A DNA stretch of 64,000 nucleotides. Origin: an uncultured delta proteobacterium. GTDB taxonomy: Bacteria > Myxococcota_A > Polyangia > Polyangiales > Polyangiaceae. The stretch is taken from the NCBI GenBank assembly GCA_963806225.1, contig CAWDXG010000004.1:1728001-1792000 (forward strand). Reading direction: 5' to 3'. Below, piece by piece: positions 9,167 to 22,546 of this stretch. The position numbers and the translations under genes were made by a program. Each line of letters opens with the position of its first letter. Positions within the stretch are counted from its first letter, which is position 1. The notes below the pieces were generated by a model that did no database searches, was not told where the DNA came from, and was given only the letters and a program-made list of their open reading frames with translations.

Positions 9167-10353
9167 AGGACCGTGATGCCGTCGATCCCCGAGAAGTGGT
9201 CGGCAACGTCGCCGGCGTGGGCGGCCTTCTGGCCGTCGGGGCCGGCATTGCCCGGCTGCCCGCGCGAACCGGAGGTGCCGGCGGTGCCGCTCTGGCCGCT
9301 CGATGCGTTGGTGCCGATGCCCGAGCCCCCGCTACCCGCGTTGCCTGCGGAACCCGAGTCGCCCGCCGGCCCTGCGCCTCCACCGGACACGTCGACCTGG
9401 ACCAGCTGGGCGAGGTCCTCGTGGTTCTGGTCGACGACCAGCTCCACCTTGCCGCCAGGACCGCCGTTGCCGCCGTTGCCGCCGTTGCCGCCGTTGCCGC
9501 CGTTGCCGCCGCGACCGCCCGGGTTGCCGCTGCCGCCGTGCCCGCCGCTGCCGCCCGAGCCGCCACGACCACCAGGACCGCCCGGACCGCCGCGCGCCAC
9601 GATCGTGAAGTGGCCCTCGGGGTGGAAGAGCAGGAAGTCGCTGTCGCCGCCTTCGATGCGCACCGCGATGAGCTTGTCGTAGAAGGGCGTCTTGACGTAG
9701 GTGACGTACGCCGTCAGCTCGGGGCCTGCACCGCCGCTCGAGCCGTTGCCGCCCTGGCTGCCGTCGGTGCCGTCGTTGCCCTGCCCTCCGCCCTCGGTCG
9801 ACGAGCCGCTCTGGCCGTCCTGTCCCTGCTTGCCGGCCGTCCCCGAGCTACCCATCGAACCCGGTCGGCCGCTGCCGCCGCCGTCATGGATGCAGCGGTA
9901 GTCGGGCTTGTAGGTGGTGGTGAACGAGAACTTGTCGGGGCGGCGCTTGTAGGCGGTCTTGAGCTCGAACTCCTTGCCAATGGTCGCCCGCAGGTCCTCG
10001 TTCGGCGAAAACCAGCCGCTCCGGTCGAACGAGCCCTGATCGCTGTGGAAGGCGAAATCGTCGAACGAGAGCTTGTCGTTCTCGTTCGAGCCCGGGCGGC
10101 CCTGCCAGGTCTCGAGCTTCTGCACCTTGCTCTCGCCCTTGAGGATGACATCGGCAAACACCGCCATCTGCACCGGCTGCCGCGGGCAGATGGTCTTGTC
10201 CTGCTTGCGGATGTCGACGCTCATGCTTTTCACATTCGCGCCTTCCAGGTCGATCGTGTTCCGCCCGACCAGGCTCTTCAGGAAGCCGCAGCCGCCCAGG
10301 GTGAAGGCTCCGAGGGCGACGAGGACAACGGACGCAGAGGTACGGACAAGCAT
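9163..10353 (-). CDS. Lipoprotein with Gly-Gly-X repeat tracts
   Basis: Start ATG 10353; lipobox LGGC; three GGx/GxxG-rich tracts separated by short beta segments. Confidence 0.8.
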   Translation of the reverse strand: MLVRTSASVVLVALGAFTLGGCGFLKSLVGRNTIDLEGANVKSMSVDIRKQDKTICPRQPVQMAVFADVILKGESKVQKLETWQGRPGSNENDKLSFDDFAFHSDQGSFDRSGWFSPNEDLRATIGKEFELKTAYKRRPDKFSFTTTYKPDYRCIHDGGGSGRPGSMGSSGTAGKQGQDGQSGSSTEGGGQGNDGTDGSQGGNGSSGGAGPELTAYVTYVKTPFYDKLIAVRIEGGDSDFLLFHPEGHFTIVARGGPGGPGGRGGSGGSGGHGGSGNPGGRGGNGGNGGNGGNGGNGGPGGKVELVVDQNHEDLAQLVQVDVSGGGAGPAGDSGSAGNAGSGGSGIGTNASSGQSGTAGTSGSRGQPGNAGPDGQKAAHAGDVADHFSGIDGITVL

Positions 10354-10505
10354 GGTCACGAGCCGTTGTACCACCGCGACGCGCCCCGTCTTCCCTCGAT
10401 CCTGGGCGCGCGGCGCCGGGTCCCGCGGGACAGGCAAGCGACCGGAATCCGCTGGAAATCCCGCGGACCCTGCCAGCTGCTAGACCGCCAACAGCTAGCG
10501 GGCAG

Positions 10506-11966
10506 CTACAGACACGCCCGCTTCTTCAGCACCAGCGGCGGCAGGGGCGTCTGGTTGAAGTCGAAGGCGTCCATCAGGTCGTTGGCCTGGCCGTCCTGGG
10601 CGGCGGGGTCGAGCGTGGACAGCGCGGGGGCGCCGAAGACCTTCTCGATGAAGCGCGGGATGCTCGCCTGCTCCGAGACTTCCTTGAAGATGTAGTGAGG
10701 CTTGGCGTACGGCGAGATGACGATCAGCGGTAGGCGGAAGCCGAGGCCGTAGGGGTGCGTCTTGTCGCAGCCGTAGTTGCGCGGCGGCTTGACGTGATCG
10801 TACCAGCCGCCGAAGTCGTCCATGGTGAAGATGATGGCCGTCGACTTCCAGTACTCGCTGTTCATCACCGCGTTGATGTTGCCGACCGTCCAGTTCTCGC
10901 CGGCGCACACGCCGCCGATGTTCGGGTGTTCGTCGCTCAGATCCTGGTTCACGAGCCACGTGACCTTGGGCAGCGTGTGGTTCTGGATGTCCTTGGTGAA
11001 CTCGGACGTGTTGACGACGTGGGACCAGCCCGGTCCATGGCGGATCGGATCGATGGCGTCGAACATCGACCAGATCTCCGGCAATAGGTAGAAGTTCGAG
11101 CCGTAGAACTTCCAGTCCACGCCCGCAGGCAGCACGTCGGGCACACTCGGGATGTTGAAGCAGGGGAAGACCTGCTTGATGGTGCAGCTCTGGTTGTCGA
11201 GCACGTCGACGCGTGTGGACGCGCTCTGGTCGCAGCCCCAGTACGGATGCGTGATCGTGGTGTTGGGGTTGCCGGTAGCCCAGCCCGCCTGCGCGGCGAG
11301 CAAGAAGGTGTGGCCGGGGAAGCTCGGGCCGAGCTCGTTGGCGAAGAAGTGATCGCCGAGCGTGAACGCTTTCGCGTAGGCCCAGTAGTTCGGGATGCTG
11401 GTTCCGTCGTACTGGGCCCAGGCGAGGTGATCGCCGTTCTGGCTCGAACCGGAATTCTTCTCCCAGCCGTCCATGTTGCCGCCGTCCCAGTCGGTGAGCG
11501 CGCAGTCGTGCGCGTGGCACATGTCGCGCGGCGTGCGGTCCGGCGCGCTCGGGCACTTGAAGGTGGTGCCGTCCTGCAGCTTGCAGGTGGTGTTGCCCTC
11601 GGCGCCGGGGAAGGAGCCGAAGTAGTTGTCGAAGGTGTGGTTCTCCTTGATGATCACAATGACGTGATCGATGGGCAGCTTCTTCGGCGGGCCGGCGTCC
11701 TGGCCGGCGCTGCCGCCGGCGCCCGCGCTGCCCGCCTGCCCGCCGGTACCGGCGCTGCCGCCTGTGGACGTCCCACCGCTTCCGCCGGCCGAGACGCCGC
11801 CGCTTCCGCCGGCCGAGACGCCGCCGCTTCCGCCGGCCGAGACGCCGCCGGTTGCGCCGGACCCCGCGGCACCTGCCGCGCCGGCCCCGTCGGAGTTCCC
11901 CGAGCTGCCACAACCCAGAACGACGGCACCGGAAAGCGCCGCCAGCGCAAGAGTACGCAAAGCCAT
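10506..11966 (-). CDS. Phospholipase C / phosphoesterase family lipoprotein
   Basis: Lipobox VLGC; 3x GGVSAGGS linker; IDHVIVIIKENHTFDNYFG, TMDDFGGWYDHV and GLGFRLPLIVISPYAK motifs. Confidence 0.92.
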   Translation of the reverse strand: MALRTLALAALSGAVVLGCGSSGNSDGAGAAGAAGSGATGGVSAGGSGGVSAGGSGGVSAGGSGGTSTGGSAGTGGQAGSAGAGGSAGQDAGPPKKLPIDHVIVIIKENHTFDNYFGSFPGAEGNTTCKLQDGTTFKCPSAPDRTPRDMCHAHDCALTDWDGGNMDGWEKNSGSSQNGDHLAWAQYDGTSIPNYWAYAKAFTLGDHFFANELGPSFPGHTFLLAAQAGWATGNPNTTITHPYWGCDQSASTRVDVLDNQSCTIKQVFPCFNIPSVPDVLPAGVDWKFYGSNFYLLPEIWSMFDAIDPIRHGPGWSHVVNTSEFTKDIQNHTLPKVTWLVNQDLSDEHPNIGGVCAGENWTVGNINAVMNSEYWKSTAIIFTMDDFGGWYDHVKPPRNYGCDKTHPYGLGFRLPLIVISPYAKPHYIFKEVSEQASIPRFIEKVFGAPALSTLDPAAQDGQANDLMDAFDFNQTPLPPLVLKKRACL

Positions 11967-12075
11967 TGCGGAACAATAGCGCCGGATTCAGGGGGGCGTC
12001 ACCTGCTCATCGCGCCGGCTGGACCGCCGTTTCACGCTTTCGCTGCAGGATTCCGCCTCTGCGGTGCAGCCAGGG

Positions 12076-14923
<2,848 letters not shown>

Positions 14924-14957
14924 GCGTCCCTTCCGCCCCGAACGCGTTCCGCTGCAC

Positions 14958-15452
14958 TCAGCGACCCGACCAGTCCTTGTCACGCATTACCAGCACCGGA
15001 CAGCCAGCGTGGCGCAGCACCTCTTCGGCGACCGAGCCGAGAACCATCCGCTTGACCCCTCCACGCCCATGCGTCCCGACTACGATCAGGTCCGCCTGGA
15101 CGCCCCGGGCCACGCGCAGGATCTCCTTGGCTGCGGGGCCCGCCAGCACGTGGGGCACCAGCTCCACGGATGCGCCACCGTGCTCGGCGAGGTGACGCTG
15201 CTGGAGCTCGGCAAGGCGCTGCTCGAACTTCTGCTTTTCGGCACCGAGATCGAGCTGGTGCGCTTCGTAGGCGTACTCCATGCGCCGCATGGGATCGTAG
15301 CCAGTGACGACCCAGACCACGTGCAGCGGGTTCCAGCCGCGCTGGGAGGCAAGGCCGAGCGCACCCGAGAGCGCGATGTCGCTGGTAGCCGAGGCATCCA
15401 GAGCCACCACGACGGTGGACGGTGCCACGCTGCCCTTGTCCGCTTCCGTCAT
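14958..15452 (-). CDS. Universal stress protein (UspA family)
   Basis: VVVALDAS start; DLIVVGTHGRGGVKRMVLGSVAEEVLRHAGCPVLV. Confidence 0.93.
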   Translation of the reverse strand: MTEADKGSVAPSTVVVALDASATSDIALSGALGLASQRGWNPLHVVWVVTGYDPMRRMEYAYEAHQLDLGAEKQKFEQRLAELQQRHLAEHGGASVELVPHVLAGPAAKEILRVARGVQADLIVVGTHGRGGVKRMVLGSVAEEVLRHAGCPVLVMRDKDWSGR

Positions 15453-15471
15453 GACCCGGCTCCCGAGCTTG

Positions 15472-17448
15472 TCACTGTTGGCTGTCGAGGTGAAGCGGCG
15501 GCGTCGGCACCGCGTCGGCGAGGGTAATCGAGGGGCCTAGCAGGTCCGTCAACTGTTTGCCCTCGACCGACTCCTGCTCGAGCAGGGCTGTCATGAGGCG
15601 CTCGAGCGCCGGGCGGTGTTCGGTGATGAGTTTCCTGGCGCCGTCGACGGCCTCGGCGAGGATGCGGCGGGTCTCTTCCTCGATCACGTGGACAGTCGCG
15701 TCGCTGGTGCCGCCCTCGGTGGCGATCATCTGGCCGAGGAACGGGTGTTCGGTGCGGTGCTCGTGGAAGACGGGCCCGACGCGCTCGCTCATCCCGAAAT
15801 GGGCGACCATGTTGAAGGCCATGTCCGTGGCCTTCTGCAGGTCGTTCGCGGCCCCCGAGGAGATGTCGCCCATGATGACACGCTCGGCGGCGTAGCCACC
15901 CATCAGCACGCGCAGCCGCGACTCGATCTCGGGTTGCGTCATGATGTGCTTGTCCGCAGTGGGGGTCTGTTGCGTGACGCCCAGCGCCATGCCGCGGGGA
16001 ATGATCGTCACGCGATGCAGCGGCTCGGCGTGCGGCGTGAAGTGCGCCACGACGGCATGCCCCGACTCGTGGATCGCGACGCGGCGTTTCTCGTCGGGGT
16101 CGAGCTTGGTTTCACGCGGGTCGCCGAGCACGATCTTGTCGTAGGCGTTGGTGAAGTCGACGTTCTCGATCGATTCCGCGCCACGGCGGGTGGCGTTGAG
16201 CGCGGCCTCGTTCACCAGGTTCGCGAGATCCGCTCCGGAGAAGCCGGGCGTGTTTCCCGCAATCGACTTGAGATCCACATCCGCGCCGAGCGGCATGTCC
16301 TTCGTATGCACTTCGAGGATGGCCATGCGGGCGGCTAGCTCCGGCCGATCGATGATGACCCGGCGATCGAAGCGGCCAGGGCGGAGTAGCGCGGGGTCGA
16401 GCACGTCGGGGCGGTTGGTGGCTGCGAGCACGATGACGAGCTCGTTGCGGGCGAAGCCATCCATCTCGCTCAGGAGCTGGTTCAGGGTCTGCTCTCGCTC
16501 GTCGTGCCCGCCGCCGAGGCCAGCGCCGCGCGAGCGGCCCACCGCGTCGATCTCGTCGATGAAGATGATGGCGGGCGCGACCTTCTTCGCCTCCTCGAAC
16601 AGCTCGCGCACACGCGAGGCGCCCACGCCGACGAACAGCTCGATGAACTCCGATCCGTTGATGGAGAAGAACGGCACGCCGGACTCGCCCGCCACGGCGC
16701 GAGCCAGGAGCGTCTTGCCCGTACCGGGAGGACCGATCAGGAGCACGCCGCGCGGCACCTTGCCACCCAGCCGCCGGAAGCGATCCGGCTGCTTGAGGAA
16801 TTCGACGATCTCCTGGAGATCCTGCTTGGCCGACTTGAGCCCGGCGACGGCGTCGAAGTTGACCGCGACCTGCGACTCGCGCTCGAAGCGATGCGGCCGT
16901 CCCTTGAGCATACCGGACAGAGCTCCCCCGCCGCCGAGACCTCCGCCCATCATCCGCTGGGCACGCCGCGACAGCCAGATCCAGAGTCCGATGATCAGGA
17001 CCCAGGGCAGAAGCGAGATCATGAGCTGCAGCACCATCGGCTGCTCCTCGCTCTTCACGCGGACCTCGACGCCCTTGTCCCGCATCAGCGGCATCAGGTC
17101 CTTGTCTTCCTGCTGCGGAAGCATGGTGCGGAAGGTGTCGAGCTTCTTTCCCTCGACCTGCTGCTCCGCGGAGAGCTTGCCGCTGACCTCCTGGCCGCGC
17201 AGGACGACCGACTTCACGTGCTTGTCCTGCACGAGCTTGTAGAAGGTCGTGTAGGAAATGGGCGGCTGCGTCGGCTCCCTGGACGCGAACGTGTGCCAGC
17301 CCCAGAACGCGAGCAGCAGGAGCGCGAGAAGCACCCAACCCTTCCACGACGGACGGGAGTCGTGCGGGATCATCGACCCCTGCGGACCAGATGCGCCGGG
17401 GGGGCGGGGAGCGCGCGGAGGCTGGGAAGGGCCGGCGGTTTCAGGCAT
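15472..17448 (-). CDS. ftsH: ATP-dependent zinc metalloprotease FtsH
   Basis: Two TM helices; Walker A GPPGTGKT; Walker [24 protein letters not shown] zinc motif. Confidence 0.97.
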   Translation of the reverse strand: MPETAGPSQPPRAPRPPGASGPQGSMIPHDSRPSWKGWVLLALLLLAFWGWHTFASREPTQPPISYTTFYKLVQDKHVKSVVLRGQEVSGKLSAEQQVEGKKLDTFRTMLPQQEDKDLMPLMRDKGVEVRVKSEEQPMVLQLMISLLPWVLIIGLWIWLSRRAQRMMGGGLGGGGALSGMLKGRPHRFERESQVAVNFDAVAGLKSAKQDLQEIVEFLKQPDRFRRLGGKVPRGVLLIGPPGTGKTLLARAVAGESGVPFFSINGSEFIELFVGVGASRVRELFEEAKKVAPAIIFIDEIDAVGRSRGAGLGGGHDEREQTLNQLLSEMDGFARNELVIVLAATNRPDVLDPALLRPGRFDRRVIIDRPELAARMAILEVHTKDMPLGADVDLKSIAGNTPGFSGADLANLVNEAALNATRRGAESIENVDFTNAYDKIVLGDPRETKLDPDEKRRVAIHESGHAVVAHFTPHAEPLHRVTIIPRGMALGVTQQTPTADKHIMTQPEIESRLRVLMGGYAAERVIMGDISSGAANDLQKATDMAFNMVAHFGMSERVGPVFHEHRTEHPFLGQMIATEGGTSDATVHVIEEETRRILAEAVDGARKLITEHRPALERLMTALLEQESVEGKQLTDLLGPSITLADAVPTPPLHLDSQQ

Positions 17449-17570
17449 CAGGCCTCAAGAACGTAAGGACGCCTCCCGCGCTTGTCGATCCCTGGGCACG
17501 GCTGTATCCCCGCGAAATTGCGAAATTGTTGCAACCGGCGGCGCACGCCCCGGTGGACTATATTCCCGCC

Positions 17571-18590
17571 ATGCCGTACCGCGTGCCGCCGGGTCACGAC
17601 GAGCGCCTGGAGCTCCCGGTCCGCACCGAAAGCCTCACGCCGGAGGGGCTGCGCGCCGGCGCGTTCGCATGGCTCGCCTGGGCCCTGCTGCTGGCGCTGG
17701 TCGTCGCGCTGTCGGGGACCCTCGCGCGCGTCGACCACGGCGAGCTGACAGGTTTCGTGCTGTCGCTCGCAACGCTGGCCCTGCTCGGCTTCGTGCCTGC
17801 GCTGGTCGCCACGCACCTCGTCAGCAGGAGGACGCAGAACCGCGTGGTGGTCGAGCGCGGCCGGCTCTCGGCAGGCGGCGAGATCGTTGTCGATCTCGCA
17901 GAACGACTGGATGCGTGCGTCGTAGAGCTCGAAGGCGAATGCGCGCTGCTTCTCGCGCAGAAGTCGGCATGGGTGATCCTGTTCGGGCGCGATCTCGGGG
18001 CGGCACTCGGAGGCCCCGACGCCTGGGGACCTCGCTGGCATCGGGTGCGGCTCGATCGGCTGTCGCACCGCGCGGGCGAGCTCGGCCCGGGCCGGGCCTG
18101 GCCGGCGTATTTCAGCGTGCACGGCCCCGGCCGAGCGCGCATCGTCGGCGAGGTCGAGGCCGGACCGGCACTGGAGTCGCTCGCCGACCGCGCTCGCGAG
18201 CTGGCCCAGCGCTCTGGCGGCGCGCTGCTCGCGCTCCCGACTGCACACCCCGAACACAGCGCCCTGCGCGTCGACAGCGACGGGGTGCTCAGCGCATTCG
18301 GCGAGCGAATCGACACGCGCCGGAGCTTCGAGCGGAGCTACCTGTGGAGCTTCGGCAAGAAGAATGCGCGGGGCGACGCCGATGCCATCGTGCTCCAGCA
18401 GGACGACGCGGGGCTGTGCCTGAGCGTCAGCGCGCGTCCCGGCGGCTTTCCCAGCATCGGCGGCTTTCCCCCCGCCGCGCCCGAGCTGCCGACGCCCGAG
18501 ATGCCGCGCGAGGAGGTGCTGTCGCCGGTCGCGGTAGGGGTGCTCGACGGATTTCTGGCAGAACAGAGCGTGTCCGGCGTGGGACGCTAG
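17571..18590 (+). CDS. Hypothetical membrane protein (2 N-terminal TMs)
   Basis: ATG 17571; two hydrophobic helices; fills the gap between ftsH and the kinase gene. Confidence 0.6.
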   Translation: MPYRVPPGHDERLELPVRTESLTPEGLRAGAFAWLAWALLLALVVALSGTLARVDHGELTGFVLSLATLALLGFVPALVATHLVSRRTQNRVVVERGRLSAGGEIVVDLAERLDACVVELEGECALLLAQKSAWVILFGRDLGAALGGPDAWGPRWHRVRLDRLSHRAGELGPGRAWPAYFSVHGPGRARIVGEVEAGPALESLADRARELAQRSGGALLALPTAHPEHSALRVDSDGVLSAFGERIDTRRSFERSYLWSFGKKNARGDADAIVLQQDDAGLCLSVSARPGGFPSIGGFPPAAPELPTPEMPREEVLSPVAVGVLDGFLAEQSVSGVGR

Positions 18591-20470
18591 AGTCGAGCGT
18601 CGAGGACGTCGCGCACGCGCCGCGCGAGGAGATCCGCAGTGAATGGCTTCTGCAGGAACTCCACCCCGCTCGCAAGCTCCCCCGAGCTTGACAGGAAGTC
18701 TCCAGCGTAGCCCGACATCAGGAGCGCACGCACCTCCGAGCGACTGCCGAGCACGCGCCGGACCAGCTCCTGGCCGTCCATGTTCGGCATCACCATGTCG
18801 GTGAGCAGGAGATGGATCGGCCCTTCGTGCGTCGTGGCAATCTCCAGCGCCTCGTGGCCGTCCTGGGCCTCCAGCACTTTGTAGCCGCGACGCCGCAGGA
18901 TCGAGCGCGCCGCACGACGCACCGGAAGTTCGTCCTCCACAAGCAGGATGGTTTCGGTACCAGCCAGCGCGCTGGCGGCGCGTGGAACGACCGGCGGGCG
19001 GCTGGCGGCCTCACCGACGACGCGAGGCAGGTACACGCGGAACGCCGCACCACGACCGGACTCGCTGTCTACTTCGATGTGCCCGCCGCACTGCCGCACG
19101 ATCCCGTACACGGTCGACAGCCCGAGCCCCGTCCCTTCGTTGCGACTCTTCGTCGAGAAGAACGGTTCGAAGATGTGGCTGCGGGTGTGTGCATCCATAC
19201 CCACGCCGTTGTCGCACACGACGAGCAGCACGTGGGGGCCGGGCTGGGCGTCCACGTGCTCGTACACTTGACCCGCGTCGAGCTCGACCCGTGACGTCTC
19301 GACGCGCAGGGAACCGCCGGCGGGCATGGCGTCGCGCGCGTTCACCGCGAGGTTCAGTAGGATCTGTTCGATCTGGCTCGGGTCGCCATACACCACGGCC
19401 GACTCGTGCGACAGCCGGGTCTGGAGCTCGATGTGCTCACCGATGATCCGCCGGAGCATGCGGCTCATGTTGTCGACAACGCCGTTGAGATCGATCCGCC
19501 GCGGTGCAATGACCTGCTGGCGCGAAAAGGCCAGAAGCTGCCGCGTGAGCGCCGAGGCACGCTCCGCTGCGTGCACGACCTCGTCGAGATCGCGGCGCGC
19601 GTCCTCGTCCAGAACGCGATCGCCAAGTATGCCCGCGTAGCTGAGAACGACGCTGAGCATGTTGTTGAAGTCGTGCGCCACGCCGCCTGCCAACCGACCC
19701 ACGGCTTCCATCTTCTGTGCCTGGCGCAGCTGTTCTTCGAGGCGTCTCTCCTCCGTCACGTCACGCGCGACGCTGAGAATCGCGCGTCGTCCTTCGAACT
19801 CCAGCGAATGAGCGTGGACCTCGACTTCGATGAGGCTGCCGTCGCGCTTCTTGTGACGCCACACTCCCAACGGATGAACGCCTGGATTGTCGATGCGCTC
19901 GACCGCTTCGAACATCCTCGGCAGATCATCCGGCGGGCGCATGTCGCCGAGCTTCATGCTGCGGAACTCGTCCAGGCTGTAGCCGTACTCGCGCAACGCG
20001 GCGTCGTTCACGGTCAGGTAGTGCAACGTGTCGCGGTCGAAGACGAAGGTCGGCAGCGGCGTCGACTGGAAGAGCACGCGGTAACGCTCTTCCGAGCTCC
20101 TGAGCGCCTCGGCTGCCTGCGTGCGCGCGCTCGTGTCCTGGACGACGGCCATGAACGCGCGTCTGTCGCCATCGTCGACCACCGACAGACCCACCTGGCA
20201 GGGGAACTCGTCGCCGTTCTTGCGGACGGCGTGGAGGTCGCCGCGGGTCATCATCGGGCGCGTCCCCGGCGCGTCGGCGAAGCCGGAAATATGCGCGGCG
20301 TGGACTGGCCGGAAGCGCTCGGGGATCACGACGCCGAGCGCCTGCCCGGCGAGCTCGCCTGTACGGTATCCGAACAGTGACTCGGCGAGCTGGTTGGCGT
20401 GGGCTATCCGTCCATCCGTATCGACGAGAAGCACCGCTTCGGGTAGGGAATCGAGGAGGCGGAGGTCCAA
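18587..20470 (-). CDS. Hybrid sensor histidine kinase (2 PAS + HisKA/HATPase + receiver)
   Basis: PAS motifs; H-box AGGVAHDFNNML; NLAVNARDAM; EPFFSTK; GTGLGL; receiver LLTDMVMP and FLQKPF. Confidence 0.95.
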   Translation of the reverse strand: MDLRLLDSLPEAVLLVDTDGRIAHANQLAESLFGYRTGELAGQALGVVIPERFRPVHAAHISGFADAPGTRPMMTRGDLHAVRKNGDEFPCQVGLSVVDDGDRRAFMAVVQDTSARTQAAEALRSSEERYRVLFQSTPLPTFVFDRDTLHYLTVNDAALREYGYSLDEFRSMKLGDMRPPDDLPRMFEAVERIDNPGVHPLGVWRHKKRDGSLIEVEVHAHSLEFEGRRAILSVARDVTEERRLEEQLRQAQKMEAVGRLAGGVAHDFNNMLSVVLSYAGILGDRVLDEDARRDLDEVVHAAERASALTRQLLAFSRQQVIAPRRIDLNGVVDNMSRMLRRIIGEHIELQTRLSHESAVVYGDPSQIEQILLNLAVNARDAMPAGGSLRVETSRVELDAGQVYEHVDAQPGPHVLLVVCDNGVGMDAHTRSHIFEPFFSTKSRNEGTGLGLSTVYGIVRQCGGHIEVDSESGRGAAFRVYLPRVVGEAASRPPVVPRAASALAGTETILLVEDELPVRRAARSILRRRGYKVLEAQDGHEALEIATTHEGPIHLLLTDMVMPNMDGQELVRRVLGSRSEVRALLMSGYAGDFLSSSGELASGVEFLQKPFTADLLARRVRDVLDARL

Positions 20471-20599
20471 GACCCTGGATCGTGACGCCGCCCCCCCGCC
20501 ACGCGCAAGCCCCTACGTCGCGAAGATTGTCTCGAAATGAGACAGCCCCCGGTCGGGCGGCCCGCCCGGCTGACGGGCCCCCACTCCCGCGACGCGTCG

Positions 20600-20998
20600 T
20601 CAGGCCTTGCCGGCGGCGCCGGCCCCGCTCTGCTTCCCGGCTTCTTCCTCGGTGATCTCCCGCCGGACCTCGTCCATGTCGAGGGCCTTGGCCTGCTCGA
20701 TCACGTTCTCCAGGGCGGAAGCCGGGAGCGCACCGGGCTGGGAGAAGATGCCGATCTTCTCCTTGAACACGACCAGCGTCGGGATCGCCTGGATGCCGAA
20801 CATCGCCGCCAGCTCCTGCTGTTCTTCGGTGTTGACCTTCCCGAAAGCGACATTCTCGTGCTTCTGGGCCGCCTTCTCGAACACCGGAGCGAAGACGCGG
20901 CATGGGCCGCACCAGGTCGCCCAGAAGTCGATCAGCACCAGATCGTGCGAGTCGATGATCTGCTCGAAGTTGTCTTTCGTTAGCTCGATAGGTCCCAC
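20600..20998 (-). CDS. trxA: Thioredoxin
   Basis: DFWATWCGPC active site; IQAIPT. Confidence 0.95.
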   Translation of the reverse strand: MGPIELTKDNFEQIIDSHDLVLIDFWATWCGPCRVFAPVFEKAAQKHENVAFGKVNTEEQQELAAMFGIQAIPTLVVFKEKIGIFSQPGALPASALENVIEQAKALDMDEVRREITEEEAGKQSGAGAAGKA

Positions 20999-21147
20999 TT
21001 GATACCTCGCAAGGGCTCGGGTCTCGGTCCAGACGCGGGCGCCACCGACCGCGCTTCAGATGTCGAACCTATGGGTTGGACCCGAACCGCACGAAAACGG
21101 TTCGCGTGGGCGTTTCCCGCTCGTTGTGGCAGCTCGCTCTGGATCCG

Positions 21148-22428
21148 TCAGCGGAAACCGGCCACGAGCTCGCGCGCTTCGACGATGTTGTCCTCGATCG
21201 AGCAGTAGGTCCAGCCGCCGTAGCGCCCGATCGAGTACACGCCGTGGTCGGCGAGGCGCGCTCGCAGACGGTCGCGCTCGGCATTCGATGCCCGGTTGAT
21301 GTGCACGTAGGCCGGATCCATGACCACCGAGTGCCAGGCGACAAGCCGGTGCTCGTCGGTGACGCCCGCGCGCTGGAGATCCTCGAGCACGCGCTTCCGG
21401 CTGGCTTCCACGTCGACCTCCGCATCCGCGGCGAGTCCGAGTTCGACGTACACGCTGAGCCGATCGCTCTCGAAGATATTGTCGTAGAACCCGACGCGAT
21501 AGAACGACAGCTCCCGATCCGGGTAGTAGATCCAGTGGACCCCCCGGGGGCCCTTCCGGTCGAAGCCCAGATTGAACACCAGGACCTTGTTCCAACTGAA
21601 CACGCTGGCGTCGTACTGGAGGCCCGTCAACGGAATGAAGCGACCGAGCGGCGCTGACGACACCAGCCGCTCGAAGTGGATCTCGCGCTTCGACGTGCGG
21701 GCGACCTGGCGCTCCAGGTCCACCCCCACGAGCGGTTCCCGGAGCGCGATCCGATCGTCCGGCACAACGCTCGCCAGCGCCTTGACGTACTCGAAGGCGC
21801 CGCCCTCCGGATAGGTGAACGTCGTGTTGTAGCTGGTGTTGTCCGCGCACTTCATGTTCCGGATCACGGAGGTGAGATCGGCGTGCGGGAAGAAGCGCCC
21901 CATCGCGTCGCGGTCCAGCTCCGCCAGATCGCATGCGTAGAGCTTCTCGTTGTACGGCACGAGGAAGCGCTCGCAGATCCCCCGCCCGAAGCGGGCGTAG
22001 AGCATCTGCTTGAAGTTGTCCTCGACCGCCGTGCCTTCGTCGCGCCCGAGCTGCTCGCCGGGCACCTGCGCGAAGTACAGATCATGCAGGCAGTCGATGA
22101 AGTCCTCTCTCGGCAGCTGGTGGATGTTCTTCTGGAACGGGAAATCGATGCGCGTGCCCCGGAAGTGGATGAAGGCCCGCTTTTCCACGCTGCGGACGCG
22201 CTGCCCGGGCATCCGGTCCCTCAGCCACGCCTCGATCTCCGGATGCTTGAAGTGGAAGAAATGCCCAGAGTAGTCCCAGACGAAGCCATCGCGATGGATG
22301 GTCTTGCAGTAGCCGCCGATCTCGCGATCCGCTTCCAGCACCAGGTAGTCGGCAGCCTCCCCCAGCGCCGCCGCCGTCGCCAGCCCGCTTACCCCGGCCC
22401 CCACGATAAGGGTATCGACAGAGTCCAT
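21148..22428 (-). CDS. FAD-dependent oxidoreductase (protoporphyrinogen oxidase-like / UDP-galactopyranose mutase-like)
   Basis: [27 protein letters not shown]-terminal [10 protein letters not shown]. Confidence 0.85.
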   Translation of the reverse strand: MDSVDTLIVGAGVSGLATAAALGEAADYLVLEADREIGGYCKTIHRDGFVWDYSGHFFHFKHPEIEAWLRDRMPGQRVRSVEKRAFIHFRGTRIDFPFQKNIHQLPREDFIDCLHDLYFAQVPGEQLGRDEGTAVEDNFKQMLYARFGRGICERFLVPYNEKLYACDLAELDRDAMGRFFPHADLTSVIRNMKCADNTSYNTTFTYPEGGAFEYVKALASVVPDDRIALREPLVGVDLERQVARTSKREIHFERLVSSAPLGRFIPLTGLQYDASVFSWNKVLVFNLGFDRKGPRGVHWIYYPDRELSFYRVGFYDNIFESDRLSVYVELGLAADAEVDVEASRKRVLEDLQRAGVTDEHRLVAWHSVVMDPAYVHINRASNAERDRLRARLADHGVYSIGRYGGWTYCSIEDNIVEARELVAGFR

Positions 22429-22546
22429 CGCGCGAACGGTAGCGGCTAGCTACCGTCCAGACAACGTCGCCGCACGGACCGGGCGCTGGACCGGGGCGCG
22501 ACGCGGGCGCTGGCTGCGCCCGGTCCACGGGGCCCGGTCGGCGACT

